From IMG/VR virus record IMGVR_UViG_3300039313_000010: a stretch of 4,795 nucleotides of DNA. One strand, 5' to 3'. A model generated the notes under the pieces. It did no database searches. It was not told the DNA's origin and saw nothing but the letters and a program-made list of their open reading frames with translations. This document shows positions 4,694-4,795 of this stretch, in pieces (the stretch's first letter is position 1; every line of letters starts with the position of its first letter). A program made the position numbers and the translations under genes. This stretch comes from a virus. Lineage: Duplodnaviria; Heunggongvirae; Uroviricota; Caudoviricetes.

Positions 4694-4795
4694 TTCTTCG
4701 TTTAGACTATAGGGAAGGTGCGAACAAGTTCCTGATATGAGATCATCATATTCATCCGGAGCGCATCCCAGAGGGACATCATGAGCCATCAACTC

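Noticed and set aside
4735-4768. Possible inverted repeat or terminator after the repressor gene (tgatatga...tcatatt, tccgga)
   Set aside because: Arms are imperfect and there is no T-tract. Not convincing as an intrinsic terminator.

Overview
This window reads as the early region of a lambdoid (lambda-like) prophage from an enterobacterial-type genome, called from sequence alone with no database search. A cI-like repressor with a LexA-type self-cleaving domain sits on the + strand (3953-4693). It is divergent from a tightly packed minus-strand operon: cro-like HTH gene, a large protein in the cII position, a 112-aa hypothetical, an O-like replication initiator with a 15-bp iteron array inside its coding sequence (candidate origin), a protein with a PerC-like motif, a stand-alone LexA N-terminal DNA-binding-domain protein, the RusA Holliday-junction resolvase, and a KilA-N domain gene that runs off the window start. 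The divergent intergenic region carries four 17-bp dyad operator-like sites spaced 22, 23 and 45 bp apart. The most unusual elements are the peptidase-less LexA-like protein, the PerC-like protein, and a candidate oop-like antisense RNA opposite the 3' end of the cII-position gene. No tRNA, rRNA, CRISPR array or transposase was seen.
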